From positions 1 through 64,000 of IMG/VR virus record IMGVR_UViG_3300025133_000030: a stretch of 64,000 nt of DNA, one strand, 5' to 3'. The translations under genes and the position numbers were made by a program. The stretch comes from a virus. Below, piece by piece: positions 19,605 through 29,800 of this stretch (its first letter is position 1; each line of letters starts with the position of its first letter). Under the pieces are notes generated by a model. That model saw nothing but the letters and a program-made list of their open reading frames with translations, was not told where the DNA came from and searched no databases.

Positions 19605-21450
19605 AATCTTGTCAGACATAACGGTTTACATGAAGTATGCCAGATACTTACCAGAATATAACCGCCGAGAAACGTGGGACGAACTGGTAACTAGAAACAT
19701 GAATATGCATTTAAAGAAGTTTCCTGATATGGAGATTCATATAAGACGGGCATATAAGATGGTTTATGACAAGAAAGTGCTCCCATCCATGAGGTCTATG
19801 CAGTTCGGCGGAAAGTCGATTGAGGTAGCTCCAAATCGAGTATTCAATTGTGCATATGCTCCAGTTGACGACCAGCGTGTATTCGGAGAAATTATGTTCC
19901 TTCTCTTGGGGGGAACAGGCGTAGGGTATAGTGTGCAACACCACCATGTGGAGAGCCTCCCGGAAATACACAAGCCAAACACCAATCGGACTCGGCGCTT
20001 TCTTGTCAATGATAGTATCGAGGGCTGGGCAGACGCTGTCAAAGCCCTTATAAGGAATTATTTTAATGGCGGGTCTTTAATAAGGTTCGATTATTCCGAC
20101 ATCAGACCAAAGGGGTCAAGACTTATAACTTCCGGAGGAAAAGCTCCCGGCCCTCAACCTTTGAAGGAGTGTATCGTCAAGATCGGCGGCATGCTTTCTG
20201 AAAAACAAGACGGTGATAAATTGAACACCATCGAAGTGCATGACATTATTTGTCACATAGCAGATGCAGTCCTCGCTGGCGGTATCAGAAGAGCCGCTCT
20301 TATTTCCTTGTTTAGTGCAGATGACGGTGAGATGCTGTCTGCCAAAACAGGCAACTGGTGGGAAGAAAACCCACAGCGCGGCAGAGCGAACAATTCAGTT
20401 GTTTTGTTGAGGCACAAGATAACCAAGGATTATTTCATGGGCCTTTGGGAAAGAGTACGCGCCTCCGGCGCCGGTGAGCCCGGGTTTTATTTCTCTAATG
20501 ACAAGGACTGGGGCACAAACCCTTGCTGCGAAATAGGACTGAGACCGTTCCAGTTCTGTAATTTGACAGAAGTAAACGTTAGTAACATCGAAAGCCAAGA
20601 GGACTTCAACGAGCGAGTCCGTGCCGCTGCCTTCATTGGAACGCTTCAGGCTAGTTATACCGATTTCCACTATCTTAGAGATGTGTGGAGGCGAAACACA
20701 GAGAAAGATGCTTTGATCGGCGTATCCATGACGGGGATAGCATCAGGCAAGGTTTTGGAACTGGACATGTCAGCAGCTGCAGCTGTTGTGAAAGAAGAAA
20801 ATGCCAAGACAGCAGAACTTATTGGTATTCGACCCGCAGCCAGAACTACGTGTGTAAAGCCTGCAGGTACAACATCACTAACACTCGGAACATCTAGTGG
20901 CATCCATGCATGGCACAACGATTTCTATATACGCAGGATTAGGGTCGGCAAGTCCGAGCCGATCTACAATTACTTGGCACAGAACCACCCAGAACTCGTT
21001 GAGGATGAGTACTTTCGACCGCACGATACTGCTATAATTTCGGTACCACAAGCATCCCCTGAAAATGCAGTAACTAGAACAGAGTCCGCCCTTCAACTGC
21101 TCAAGAGGGTGAAGAATATAACAGATAATTGGGTAAAGCCCGGATTTATCAAGGGGCAAAACACGCACAACGTCTCCGCTACCATTTCTATTAAGGATGC
21201 TGAATGGCCAGACGTTGGAGAGTGGATGTGGGAAAACAGAAATTGCTATAATGGACTTTCAGTCTTGCCTTTCGACGGCGGCTCCTATATTCAGGCTCCA
21301 TTCGAAGATTGCTCAAAGGAGACTTATGAGGCTATGATGTTAGCATTGTTTGATGTTGATTTGTCGAAGATCAAGGAAGAGGAAGACAACACTGATCTTA
21401 AGGGCGAGGTAGCATGTTCTGGTGGAGCTTGTGAAGTTAAATTTTTGTAA
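19588..21450 (+). CDS. nrdJ: Class II (adenosylcobalamin-dependent) ribonucleotide reductase
   Basis: RRETW.E, FNC, GTGVG, GGIRRAALI, TNPCCEI, CNLTEVN, KPAGT and C-terminal ACSGGACE. No nrdB in the window. Confidence 0.9.
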   Translation: MELSNKILSDITVYMKYARYLPEYNRRETWDELVTRNMNMHLKKFPDMEIHIRRAYKMVYDKKVLPSMRSMQFGGKSIEVAPNRVFNCAYAPVDDQRVFGEIMFLLLGGTGVGYSVQHHHVESLPEIHKPNTNRTRRFLVNDSIEGWADAVKALIRNYFNGGSLIRFDYSDIRPKGSRLITSGGKAPGPQPLKECIVKIGGMLSEKQDGDKLNTIEVHDIICHIADAVLAGGIRRAALISLFSADDGEMLSAKTGNWWEENPQRGRANNSVVLLRHKITKDYFMGLWERVRASGAGEPGFYFSNDKDWGTNPCCEIGLRPFQFCNLTEVNVSNIESQEDFNERVRAAAFIGTLQASYTDFHYLRDVWRRNTEKDALIGVSMTGIASGKVLELDMSAAAAVVKEENAKTAELIGIRPAARTTCVKPAGTTSLTLGTSSGIHAWHNDFYIRRIRVGKSEPIYNYLAQNHPELVEDEYFRPHDTAIISVPQASPENAVTRTESALQLLKRVKNITDNWVKPGFIKGQNTHNVSATISIKDAEWPDVGEWMWENRNCYNGLSVLPFDGGSYIQAPFEDCSKETYEAMMLALFDVDLSKIKEEEDNTDLKGEVACSGGACEVKFL

Positions 21451-21457
21451 AAAAGTC

Positions 21458-21486
21458 TTGACTTTATGATCAAACGTGTCTATAAT
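21458..21486 (+). promoter_or_regulatory. Sigma70-type promoter TTGACT-17-TATAAT
   Basis: Near-perfect consensus, intergenic. Confidence 0.7.
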
Positions 21487-21517
21487 CATATTATAACAAT
21501 CAAAAAAAGGAGGACGC

Positions 21518-21787
21518 ATGTCCAAGACAGTGAGTGAGTTGGCCAAAGAGAAGCAGAGCCACATTATTAATTTTGTTAAATCGTTTGTTGCACTCGAAGA
21601 GGCCATGGAGCCATTCAAGGACCAGAAACGAGACTTACGAGCAAGCTATCACGAAAATGATTGGCTCTCAAAAGATGAGATGCGCACTGCGATCAGGGCC
21701 TATAGGTTGATGAAGGCCGATACGGACATTGAAGAGTTGGTAGATATGTTTTCTGAGATTAAAAGAGGGGTGGGTACAAATGTCTAG
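21518..21787 (+). CDS. Small helical protein, possibly DsbA/GapR-like dsDNA-binding
   Basis: 89 aa coiled-coil pattern (LEEAMEPFKDQKRDLR...MRTAIRAYRLMK). The function call is weak. Confidence 0.4.
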   Translation: MSKTVSELAKEKQSHIINFVKSFVALEEAMEPFKDQKRDLRASYHENDWLSKDEMRTAIRAYRLMKADTDIEELVDMFSEIKRGVGTNV

Positions 21788-22103
21788 TATTCCCCCTCGG
21801 CTAGTTCCCGTTAATCGTCACGTGTTAATTGTACCGCACACGACTAAAAAGGAAAAGAATAAATCGCAGTCCGGGGTACTTCTCCCTGACGACTACAAGC
21901 CGAAAGAATCTAGATATGTAACAGCAACAGTTCTTGATGTATCCGATGACTGCAACGCTGCCCTTAAGACATTAAACAGGGCATCGTTACAATCAGAGCG
22001 TGACGTTATCATTGAGAGGTCGATGATAGAGGAAGTATCCCATAGAGATAAAAGCTATTATCTGATACTTGAGAACTATGTTGTGGGAATGTTAAGAGGG
22101 TAG
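21780..22103 (+). CDS. Co-chaperonin GroES-like protein
   Basis: LVPVNRHVLI...SGVLLPD mobile loop...ATVLDV...YYLILENYVVG, a Cpn10 pattern. Confidence 0.7.
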   Translation: MSSIPPRLVPVNRHVLIVPHTTKKEKNKSQSGVLLPDDYKPKESRYVTATVLDVSDDCNAALKTLNRASLQSERDVIIERSMIEEVSHRDKSYYLILENYVVGMLRG

Positions 22104-22104
22104 C

Positions 22105-22815
22105 GTGAGTCAGGTTATTAAGTTGTTTGGAGACAAGGTCGGTAAAGTAGAGTACATCGATCACATGGGTTCGGATATTACTACAGTTAATGCTGCTAGG
22201 GTTTCTTTCGGTAGGACCCGCACCCAGATCGACGAAAAAGATGAAAAACTGATAAAGTATCTGATTAAGAATAATCACACATCTCCGTTTGAACATTGCT
22301 CCCTAACATTTAGGTTCACTGTCCCTTTATTCATAAGGTCTCAGCACCATAGGCATAGGACGTGGGCGTATAATGAGATAAGCAGAAGATACACATCTAT
22401 AGATATGGAATTCTACGAGCCTTCAAAATTCAGAACGCAGCACGAATCTAATAGGCAGGCCAGCAAAGACGAGGATATCGATCCGCTCTCCTGCTATCGG
22501 TTTGCAGATTTTTCGTGTTTTAACAAAGCCAGCAAGCTGGTGAAGATGCACAATAAATGCTCTCTAGAGCTTTACAATTCACTAGTTAAAGAGGGGGTTT
22601 GCAGAGAGCAGGCCCGCGGTGTCCTCCCGCAGAACTTATATACCTCTTATTATGGAACATGCAATTTACATAATTTAATAAAGTTCATCAATCTAAGATC
22701 ACATTCTGGCGCACAGTGGGAGATACAACAAGTTGCAAAAGCTTGTCAGACAATTGCTGAAAAGCACTTTCCGATAACTATGGCAGCCTTCAAAGAAACA
22801 AGAAACATGGACTAA
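22105..22815 (+). CDS. thyX: Flavin-dependent thymidylate synthase
   Basis: NAARVSF, HTSPFEH, RHRTWAYNEISRRY, REQARGVLP and AQWEI. Confidence 0.95.
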   Translation: MSQVIKLFGDKVGKVEYIDHMGSDITTVNAARVSFGRTRTQIDEKDEKLIKYLIKNNHTSPFEHCSLTFRFTVPLFIRSQHHRHRTWAYNEISRRYTSIDMEFYEPSKFRTQHESNRQASKDEDIDPLSCYRFADFSCFNKASKLVKMHNKCSLELYNSLVKEGVCREQARGVLPQNLYTSYYGTCNLHNLIKFINLRSHSGAQWEIQQVAKACQTIAEKHFPITMAAFKETRNMD

Positions 22816-22818
22816 AAA

Positions 22819-24930
22819 ATGAGATGGGCTAAACCACTAATATTATTGATAATTTTTATTATCTTTGGCTGCGAGGATGCAGCCACTAATCAAACTACAA
22901 CTACACCTCCAACTGACATTCTTCTTTTAGCTAGGGATGTGTCTCCCGACCCTGACGCAGAAGCCGATGGGCATATACTAGAGTGGGACGCCTCCGTCGA
23001 CGCTGCAGTTGACGCTTTCGCCGACGCTGAACCACCAGTCGTGTGCACGCCCGCCGGATCCACCGACCCATGCGAGATCGAAGGCCTGTTAGGTCCTTGT
23101 GCATATGGGCAAAGGACGTGTATGATAACTGAGTGGTCCGACTGTCGGCAGGTGGTCAACTCTAGGGTGGAAATATGTAATCGATTCGACGACGATTGCG
23201 ACGGTAGTGTAAATGAAGCTCCAAACACAAGTCAAAACAATACCTTGTCGCAACCATGTTACGATGCTCCGCTAGAAACAATAAAAGTGGGCATATGTCA
23301 TGGCGGTGTCGCACAGTGTGAAGATGACACTGATTTTGGCTGGGGATATCACTCTTGCCGTGAGCAAAGAACTCCAATGGAGGAGACTTGCAATAATCTA
23401 GATGACGACTGTGACGCAACCGTCGACGAAGGCGTGACTAATGTTTGCGGTGAGTGTGGTGACGTCCCTGTAGAAGTGTGTGACTCTCTAGACAACGACT
23501 GCGATGGTCAAACCGATGAAGGGCTTCTAAACGCATGTTTCCGATGCGGGCCACTTCCAGACGAAACTTGCGACAACATTGATAACGATTGCGACGGACA
23601 AACCGATGAGGGGCTTTTAAATGCATGTGGACAATGTGGAGATCTACCGGACGAACTGTGCGACTACATTGATAATGATTGCGACGGCCTCACAGACGAA
23701 GGCTTAGGTAATTGTGAGTGTGGAAACCCGACATATGTCCCGCAGCCAGAAATTTGCAACGGCATCGATGAAGATTGTGATGAATTAATAGACGAAGGTC
23801 CCAATGGTGGACCCTTGACTATGCTCTGTGCCACGGATGTCTTAACGAGCGAAATTAACACGTTTGACAGAAGAGAAGACGGACCACAATATGTTGCTGG
23901 AAGTGCATGCAGGGTCGGGTTGGCATTCTGTGAAGAGCGAGAAGATGACCTAGGCGCGCCTGCGTGGGACTATTTTGAGTGTTTGCAAGAAATTTTACCT
24001 AGCAATGAACGCTGCAACGAGATGGACGATGATTGCGACGGTATACCAGATGAGGGATTTAATCAGGGCACTGTCGCAGTTATGATAGTCATGGATATAT
24101 CGGGATCAATGCAGGCACACGAGCTTAATGAGGCTTTTACATCGATCACCAATACTATACAAAATTTGTTTGACGAAGGTGCAGTGGATATATGTTACTT
24201 GCTTGCGGTCGTGGGCAACGACCATCAATTTGACCCATATTTGTCTGTCCCGGCCCATACTTGCGTCCCCGGTTTCGATGCGTTTTCAAACGATGACATG
24301 TCTAACGCAGTGTCAATTTTAATGACTAATCTTCGAAACGGAACGATAAATCAAGGAGGAAGTTCTGAGAATACTTTCGATGCAATGGGTGACTTTTTCA
24401 CAGATGATTTAATTGACTGGGACCAAGACGGCACGCCAGATGATATAGTATGGAATACCAACGATCCCAATAATCCAGTACACTCTATTGATCTGTCTGC
24501 AATGAACCACAGAATAGTTGTGGTCATGGGTGATGAGCCGGGACAGGGAGACTTTTGGGATGAAGCTCAAGTTGTCGATGCCATGAGGAGATCGCAAGGG
24601 ATGGCGTTCATAATAGGTACACCAGATCAGTGGGTACGAGATAGTTATCAGAGTCTCGTTGCAGCAGGTGCTGAGTACTATTCAGCAATTACTCGCAGAG
24701 CCGGTGCTCGAAACGAGAGAACCATTTCAGAAGCTGTGCAGACTGCAATAGATGAAGCCGCCTGCCTCCAAGAAGATGAAGAAGAGGAGGAAGAAGAGGA
24801 AGAACTGCCAGAAGAAGAGATGGCATGTATTCAGGGCCCCAAGTATGCTAGGCCTAGTTCCTTGTATGCACTAGCAGCTTATGACGCATTTTACTCTAGG
24901 TATGATTTTGTCGACAAAATATGCCTTTAA
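22819..24930 (+). CDS. Lipoprotein with Cys/Asp-rich (E.C...D.DCDG..DEG) repeats and a vWA domain
   Basis: Signal peptide with lipobox IFGC, about 7 DxDCDG-type repeats, MIDAS motif DISGS and a poly-Glu tract near the C-terminus. Confidence 0.8.
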   Translation: MRWAKPLILLIIFIIFGCEDAATNQTTTTPPTDILLLARDVSPDPDAEADGHILEWDASVDAAVDAFADAEPPVVCTPAGSTDPCEIEGLLGPCAYGQRTCMITEWSDCRQVVNSRVEICNRFDDDCDGSVNEAPNTSQNNTLSQPCYDAPLETIKVGICHGGVAQCEDDTDFGWGYHSCREQRTPMEETCNNLDDDCDATVDEGVTNVCGECGDVPVEVCDSLDNDCDGQTDEGLLNACFRCGPLPDETCDNIDNDCDGQTDEGLLNACGQCGDLPDELCDYIDNDCDGLTDEGLGNCECGNPTYVPQPEICNGIDEDCDELIDEGPNGGPLTMLCATDVLTSEINTFDRREDGPQYVAGSACRVGLAFCEEREDDLGAPAWDYFECLQEILPSNERCNEMDDDCDGIPDEGFNQGTVAVMIVMDISGSMQAHELNEAFTSITNTIQNLFDEGAVDICYLLAVVGNDHQFDPYLSVPAHTCVPGFDAFSNDDMSNAVSILMTNLRNGTINQGGSSENTFDAMGDFFTDDLIDWDQDGTPDDIVWNTNDPNNPVHSIDLSAMNHRIVVVMGDEPGQGDFWDEAQVVDAMRRSQGMAFIIGTPDQWVRDSYQSLVAAGAEYYSAITRRAGARNERTISEAVQTAIDEAACLQEDEEEEEEEEELPEEEMACIQGPKYARPSSLYALAAYDAFYSRYDFVDKICL
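23383..23715 (+). repeat. Four tandem 90-bp coding repeats (30-aa Cys-rich units)
   Basis: Units start at 23383, 23473, 23563 and 23653 (for example DNDCDGQTDEGLLNAC twice); the fourth unit is partial. Confidence 0.85.
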
Positions 24931-25724
24931 AGAACAAAGAAAAAACGAGTTATGTGATAGGAAACTGTCTTGCTGCAGCATTATATGCACACTATAATAA
25001 TTATAACTTAATCTTAACATCTGTCCGCGGCCCTTTTGAGTACGATTTGTTAAAATGTGAAGTTCCGACCTTTTCTGGTAAAAACGAGAACGATGTCTGG
25101 AGCGTTTTAGTTTTTGAATTGGCCATGGCTGGTCAGGTTCCCCATGGAAAGCGCGTCGAATCGGTGAGGGTCACCAATGATGAAATTGTCGTATCAATGG
25201 GTAATATAAATGTAAAGTGTGAGTATGATAAGTGTTTTATATTTGATTGCGAAAAAGTATCATTTCCAAACGAAGTGAAAAAGATCCGCAAATCAAAATA
25301 TAGGGTTCTTGACTGGTTCAGTGTTCGTTCTGGCATGCTGCACGACAAAGGCAAGTTAGAAACAGAAGAGCAGTTTGTTAAAGATTTGATATTCTACATT
25401 TCCAAGAGAATCCCCGGTAATAAAACAAAAAAAGATGCAGTGGCTGTCTCTTATATGACGGAAGAACAATTGAGGGATTTCGACTATTCAGACACAATGG
25501 CAAAATTCAAGGTGGAAGACCTGATGAGGCGGTCGGGAATCAAAGGTTCAGTCTGCAGCAAGAATATAGGGAGCAAACCAAAGCACTACAGTATTAAAGT
25601 TGAACACAGCCACAGAGAGGTACTTAAGATAGAGGGAAATGAATTTATCGACACAGGCAAGGTGGTATTCTTGAAGTTGACACCGGAAAAGATTGTAGAG
25701 GAACATGCTAGAGAGCGGTCATGA
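24921..25724 (+). CDS. Hypothetical protein, possible degenerate Rossmann-like N-terminus
   Basis: 267 aa; YVIGNCLAAAL at the N-terminus. Confidence 0.55.
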   Translation: MPLKNKEKTSYVIGNCLAAALYAHYNNYNLILTSVRGPFEYDLLKCEVPTFSGKNENDVWSVLVFELAMAGQVPHGKRVESVRVTNDEIVVSMGNINVKCEYDKCFIFDCEKVSFPNEVKKIRKSKYRVLDWFSVRSGMLHDKGKLETEEQFVKDLIFYISKRIPGNKTKKDAVAVSYMTEEQLRDFDYSDTMAKFKVEDLMRRSGIKGSVCSKNIGSKPKHYSIKVEHSHREVLKIEGNEFIDTGKVVFLKLTPEKIVEEHARERS

Positions 25725-26595
25725 GAACCCAAGTGGGTTCCATCTTGCAGGAATCGTCCCGGTAGCCTGTCCTCCGTCCGATTTTGGATTTCCGTGGCAT
25801 GACACTATGCAGCCAATTAACTCAAATTATCTAGCCATCGAACGTGCCGTGGTTGAGTGTGCTTATGCTGGTTGTGAGACGATTTGGGTTGTCTGCAATG
25901 ATGACATGCAGCCTTTAATTAAGGAGAGGATGGGAGATTTTATAGAAGACCCATACAATCTTGCAAAGGCCGCGTTTGTCAGGTTTCCCACTGATCATAG
26001 GAGGAGGATCCCAATATTTTATACACCCATTCACCCAAAAGATCGAGACAGGAGAGATAGCTTGGGCTGGTCTGCGCTGCATGGTGCACTCACAGCATTC
26101 ATAATCAGTGGCAAGATAAGTAAATGGCTGATTCCAAGCAGATATTACGTAGCGTTCCCTCAGGGGGTGTATAATCCGGCATCCATAGAGAAGGACAGAA
26201 AGGCTATATCTAGCAGTAAGGCATTTTTTATTTCGCACAACGGAAAGACGGTTCGAGATGGAGAGTATTTGGGATTCACCATGAATGCAAAAGAATACAA
26301 AAATTATGTGTACCAGTTGAAGGCATCGTGCACCGGCGGAGATAAGAATATTCCACTCAAAGAAAGATGGTCTTCTCGTCATTTTAAGCTTGACAAAATT
26401 TTTAAATCTGCTATGATAGAAGAATCAAAAGTTAAAGAAATCGATTGGTATTACAATATTGACTGTTGGGGGAATTACTGCAACTATATGCAGTCTCCTC
26501 ATTGCGGAGTACTAAAAAGGCCAAGCGATAAGATGTTCAAGAGATCTAAATATTACGGAGTAAATACAGAAGATGAAAACAGCCAAATTATATAA
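25705..26595 (+). CDS. Nucleotidyltransferase-like (GT-A fold) protein
   Basis: LAGIVPVA...MQPI...AIERAVVECAYAGCETIWVV resembles the N-terminus of sugar-phosphate nucleotidyltransferases. GxGxR is absent. Confidence 0.55.
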   Translation: MLESGHENPSGFHLAGIVPVACPPSDFGFPWHDTMQPINSNYLAIERAVVECAYAGCETIWVVCNDDMQPLIKERMGDFIEDPYNLAKAAFVRFPTDHRRRIPIFYTPIHPKDRDRRDSLGWSALHGALTAFIISGKISKWLIPSRYYVAFPQGVYNPASIEKDRKAISSSKAFFISHNGKTVRDGEYLGFTMNAKEYKNYVYQLKASCTGGDKNIPLKERWSSRHFKLDKIFKSAMIEESKVKEIDWYYNIDCWGNYCNYMQSPHCGVLKRPSDKMFKRSKYYGVNTEDENSQII

Positions 26596-26815
26596 TGATT
26601 TGTCGTACACGATAAAAGAAGAAGCTGGATTTCCAATGAACTACATGCAGTTGAGCAGGGTTCAACAGGAATTTGTAGAAAGTTTGACAGAAGCACTCTC
26701 AACAGAGAGTGTTAATCCAGACTTGGCCGAAGTTAGGGAATCTTTACAGGACTTAAACGAGGATCTGCTCACAATCAATGAAGAGCTTGTTAGGTTGATG
26801 AATGAACTCCGCTAA
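26573..26815 (+). CDS. Hypothetical coiled-coil protein
   Basis: 80 aa ORF overlapping both neighbours in operon fashion. Confidence 0.55.
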   Translation: MKTAKLYNDLSYTIKEEAGFPMNYMQLSRVQQEFVESLTEALSTESVNPDLAEVRESLQDLNEDLLTINEELVRLMNELR

Positions 26816-29800
26816 AGAAGCACAGAAATCTCCAGAGATTCCTTTTGTTGGGTTGCATGCCCACTCAGTTGCAGGTAGTATATTTGATGCACTGGGCTAC
26901 CCCAGTGAGCATATGGATTTTGCATATCAAAACGGCATGAATGCACTCGCACTCACAGATCACGGAAATGCCAACGGCCTCGCACATCAGGTACTGCACG
27001 CCCAAAAGATGCGCGCAGATGGTAAAGAGTTCAAGCCTATTTTTGGAGTGGAGGCTTACTTCATTCCATCTATTTCCAACTGGAGAAGCGAGTACGACAA
27101 AATCAGACAGGAGACCAAGAACAAGTCTCAGCTCGTGGGTACGCAGTCCGGTGCAACGGTTGAAGACGAAGAATCCTCGAAGAAGAGGATCAAAAGCATC
27201 TTAAATCGCCGTCGCCATCTTATTCTTTTGGCTCAAAACCCCACAGGATTAAAGAATATATTTAAGCTGATCTCTGATAGTTATCGAGCAGAGAATTATT
27301 ACCGATTTCCGAGGGTTGATTATGCAGCTTTAAAGCGTCATAGTGAGGGTGTAATAGCTGCCTCTGCTTGTTTGGGTGGCGTATATGCAGGCTGCCTTTG
27401 GGAAAACAGAGAAGAAGGCCCAGACGCAGTTCTAGAGTCTTTTAGAAAGGTAACACAGAAGATGCAATCCATCTTTGGAGACAGGTGGCACGGCGAATTG
27501 CAGTGGAATAATGTCCCAGAGCAGCATGAGTTAAACAACTATATTATTCAGATGCACCACGAGTTTGGAGTTCCTCTGATTTCCACGGCTGATAGTCACT
27601 ACTATAATCCAGAGGCTTGGAAGGACAGAGAGTTGTACAAGCGACTTGGCTGGCTGGGAAAGCGCCCAGAATGGATGAGCGACGAGTTGCCAGTCGACGT
27701 TGAAGAGATTGGCTACGAATTGTATCCCAAAAATGGCGATCAAATGTGGGAGTCTTACAAGAAATATTCAAAGGAGTGCGGAGTTGAGTATGACGACAAT
27801 CTAGTTATGGACTCTATCACCAGAACCCACGACATTGCGTATAACAAAATTGAGGAGTTCTCTCCAGATAACGAGGTTCGGCTACCCGGTTTCATAGTGC
27901 CTCCCGGTGCAACAGCTGTGCAGACCTTGGCTAAGCTTTGCTTGGAGGGAACTAGACAACTTGGTCTGTCTGGAAACAAAGAATACGCAGATAGGTTAAA
28001 GCATGAGGTGTCAGTCATTGAGTCTCGCGGCTTTAGTAAATACTTTTTGACAATGAAGGCTATATCAGACCGCGCTGCAGCCAAGCAGTTAACTGGAGCT
28101 GGCCGCGGCTCTGCAGCGGGCTCTTTGGTGGCCTACGTTTTGGGTATAACACAAGTAGATCCTATAAAGTATGGACTTCAGTTCGAAAGATTCCTGACAA
28201 AGGGTGGCTCAGGATATCCAGACATTGACTACGATGTTGCCGACCCAATGACCCTGAAAGAATCATTGATTGAAGAGTGGGGTGACAACACGGTGGTTCC
28301 AATTACTAACTGGAACACTTTACAGTTGCGATCTCTGATAAAGGATATTTCAAAATTCTATGGCATACCGTTCACAGAAGTAAACGAAGTCACAGGAAAA
28401 ATGATATATGAGGCCACACCACTGGCCAAACAAGAACATGGCATAACGTCGGGCGTCTATAACCCCACATTCGAAGAGTTAATGAAATATTCAGAAACAC
28501 TAAAAATTTTCCTCAGAAAATATCCAGATATTAAGACCCATGTGGAAACTTTGTATGGCCAAGTTAGGTCTGCGAGTAGGCACGCCGGCGGCGTTGTTAT
28601 AGGGGAGAATCTAGATGAGTGGATGCCGCTAATTAATAGCGGTGGTGTGCGCCAGACGCCATGGTCTGAAGGTCAGAACGTCAGACACCTAGAACCAATG
28701 GGTTTTATCAAATTTGATATTTTGGGTCTGGCTTCTTTAAGGATGTTGGAGGGAGCTATTCGACATATCCTCAAAAGGCATCACAACATTAATGATCCTA
28801 CCTTTGATGATGTAAAAAAATACTATGAAGAAAACCTGCACCCTGAAGTGATGGATCTGGAGGACGAGGCTGTGTGGAAGAATGTCTTTCACAAAGGTAA
28901 GTGGGCAGGTATTTTCCAGTTTACAGAAGCTGGAGCACAACAGTTCTGCAAGAGAGCTAAACCTAATAACATTATTGAGTTGGCGGCTATCACAAGCATT
29001 TACCGACCGGGCCCTCTTGGGGCTGGAGTTGACAAGCAGTTTGTTGCGGCCAAGCGAAGGCCTCGCGATGTAGATTATTTAAATGATGTAGTGAAAGAAG
29101 TAACAGAAGAGACCTTTGGTTTTTTGATTTTCCAAGAGCAGATTGCTATGTTGGCACACAAGTTGGGCAAAGATCTTTCTCTTGATGAGGGTAATAAGTT
29201 AAGAAAGCTACTAACTAAGAAAGGTACAGGCGCGGTCCAAGAAGCAAAGGATAAGATCTTTTCAAAGTTTCTTGCTGGTTGCCTTGAAAAGGGAGTTAAG
29301 AAATATGAAGCCAAGGAATTATGGGAGAAGTTCGAGTATTTTTCTGGCTACGGCTTTAATAAGTCTCACGCTGTATCATATTGTATGTTATCTTATCAAT
29401 GCGCTTGGTTGATGCATTATTACACCCCAGAGTGGGTAGCGGCTTTTTTGGATAAGGAGCCGGATACAAGAAAAGAACGAGCAATTAATGTAGCTAAGAG
29501 CAATGGCTTCGGAATTGAGGCTTTGGATTTGAACACCTCTGGAGTCGTCTGGGAAATTTCCGAAGATGGGAAAACTCTAATACAACCCTTAACGTCAGTG
29601 AAAGGCTTAGGGGATAAGGCCATAGAGCAGATTATAGATAATAGACCCTTTCAGACCGCGGAGGAGTTTCTCTTTAACGAGAATATTATATATAGCAAGT
29701 TAAACAAAAAGGCCATCGACGTTCTGGTGCGCAGCCAGACCATGAATTGTCTAATGGATGAGAGATTCTCAGGACTTAAGCATTTTTGGTCTGCAGTTGC

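Noticed and set aside
24772-24820. GAA/GAG-rich tract as a separate repeat element
   Set aside because: It is a poly-Glu coding linker within the 703-aa lipoprotein.
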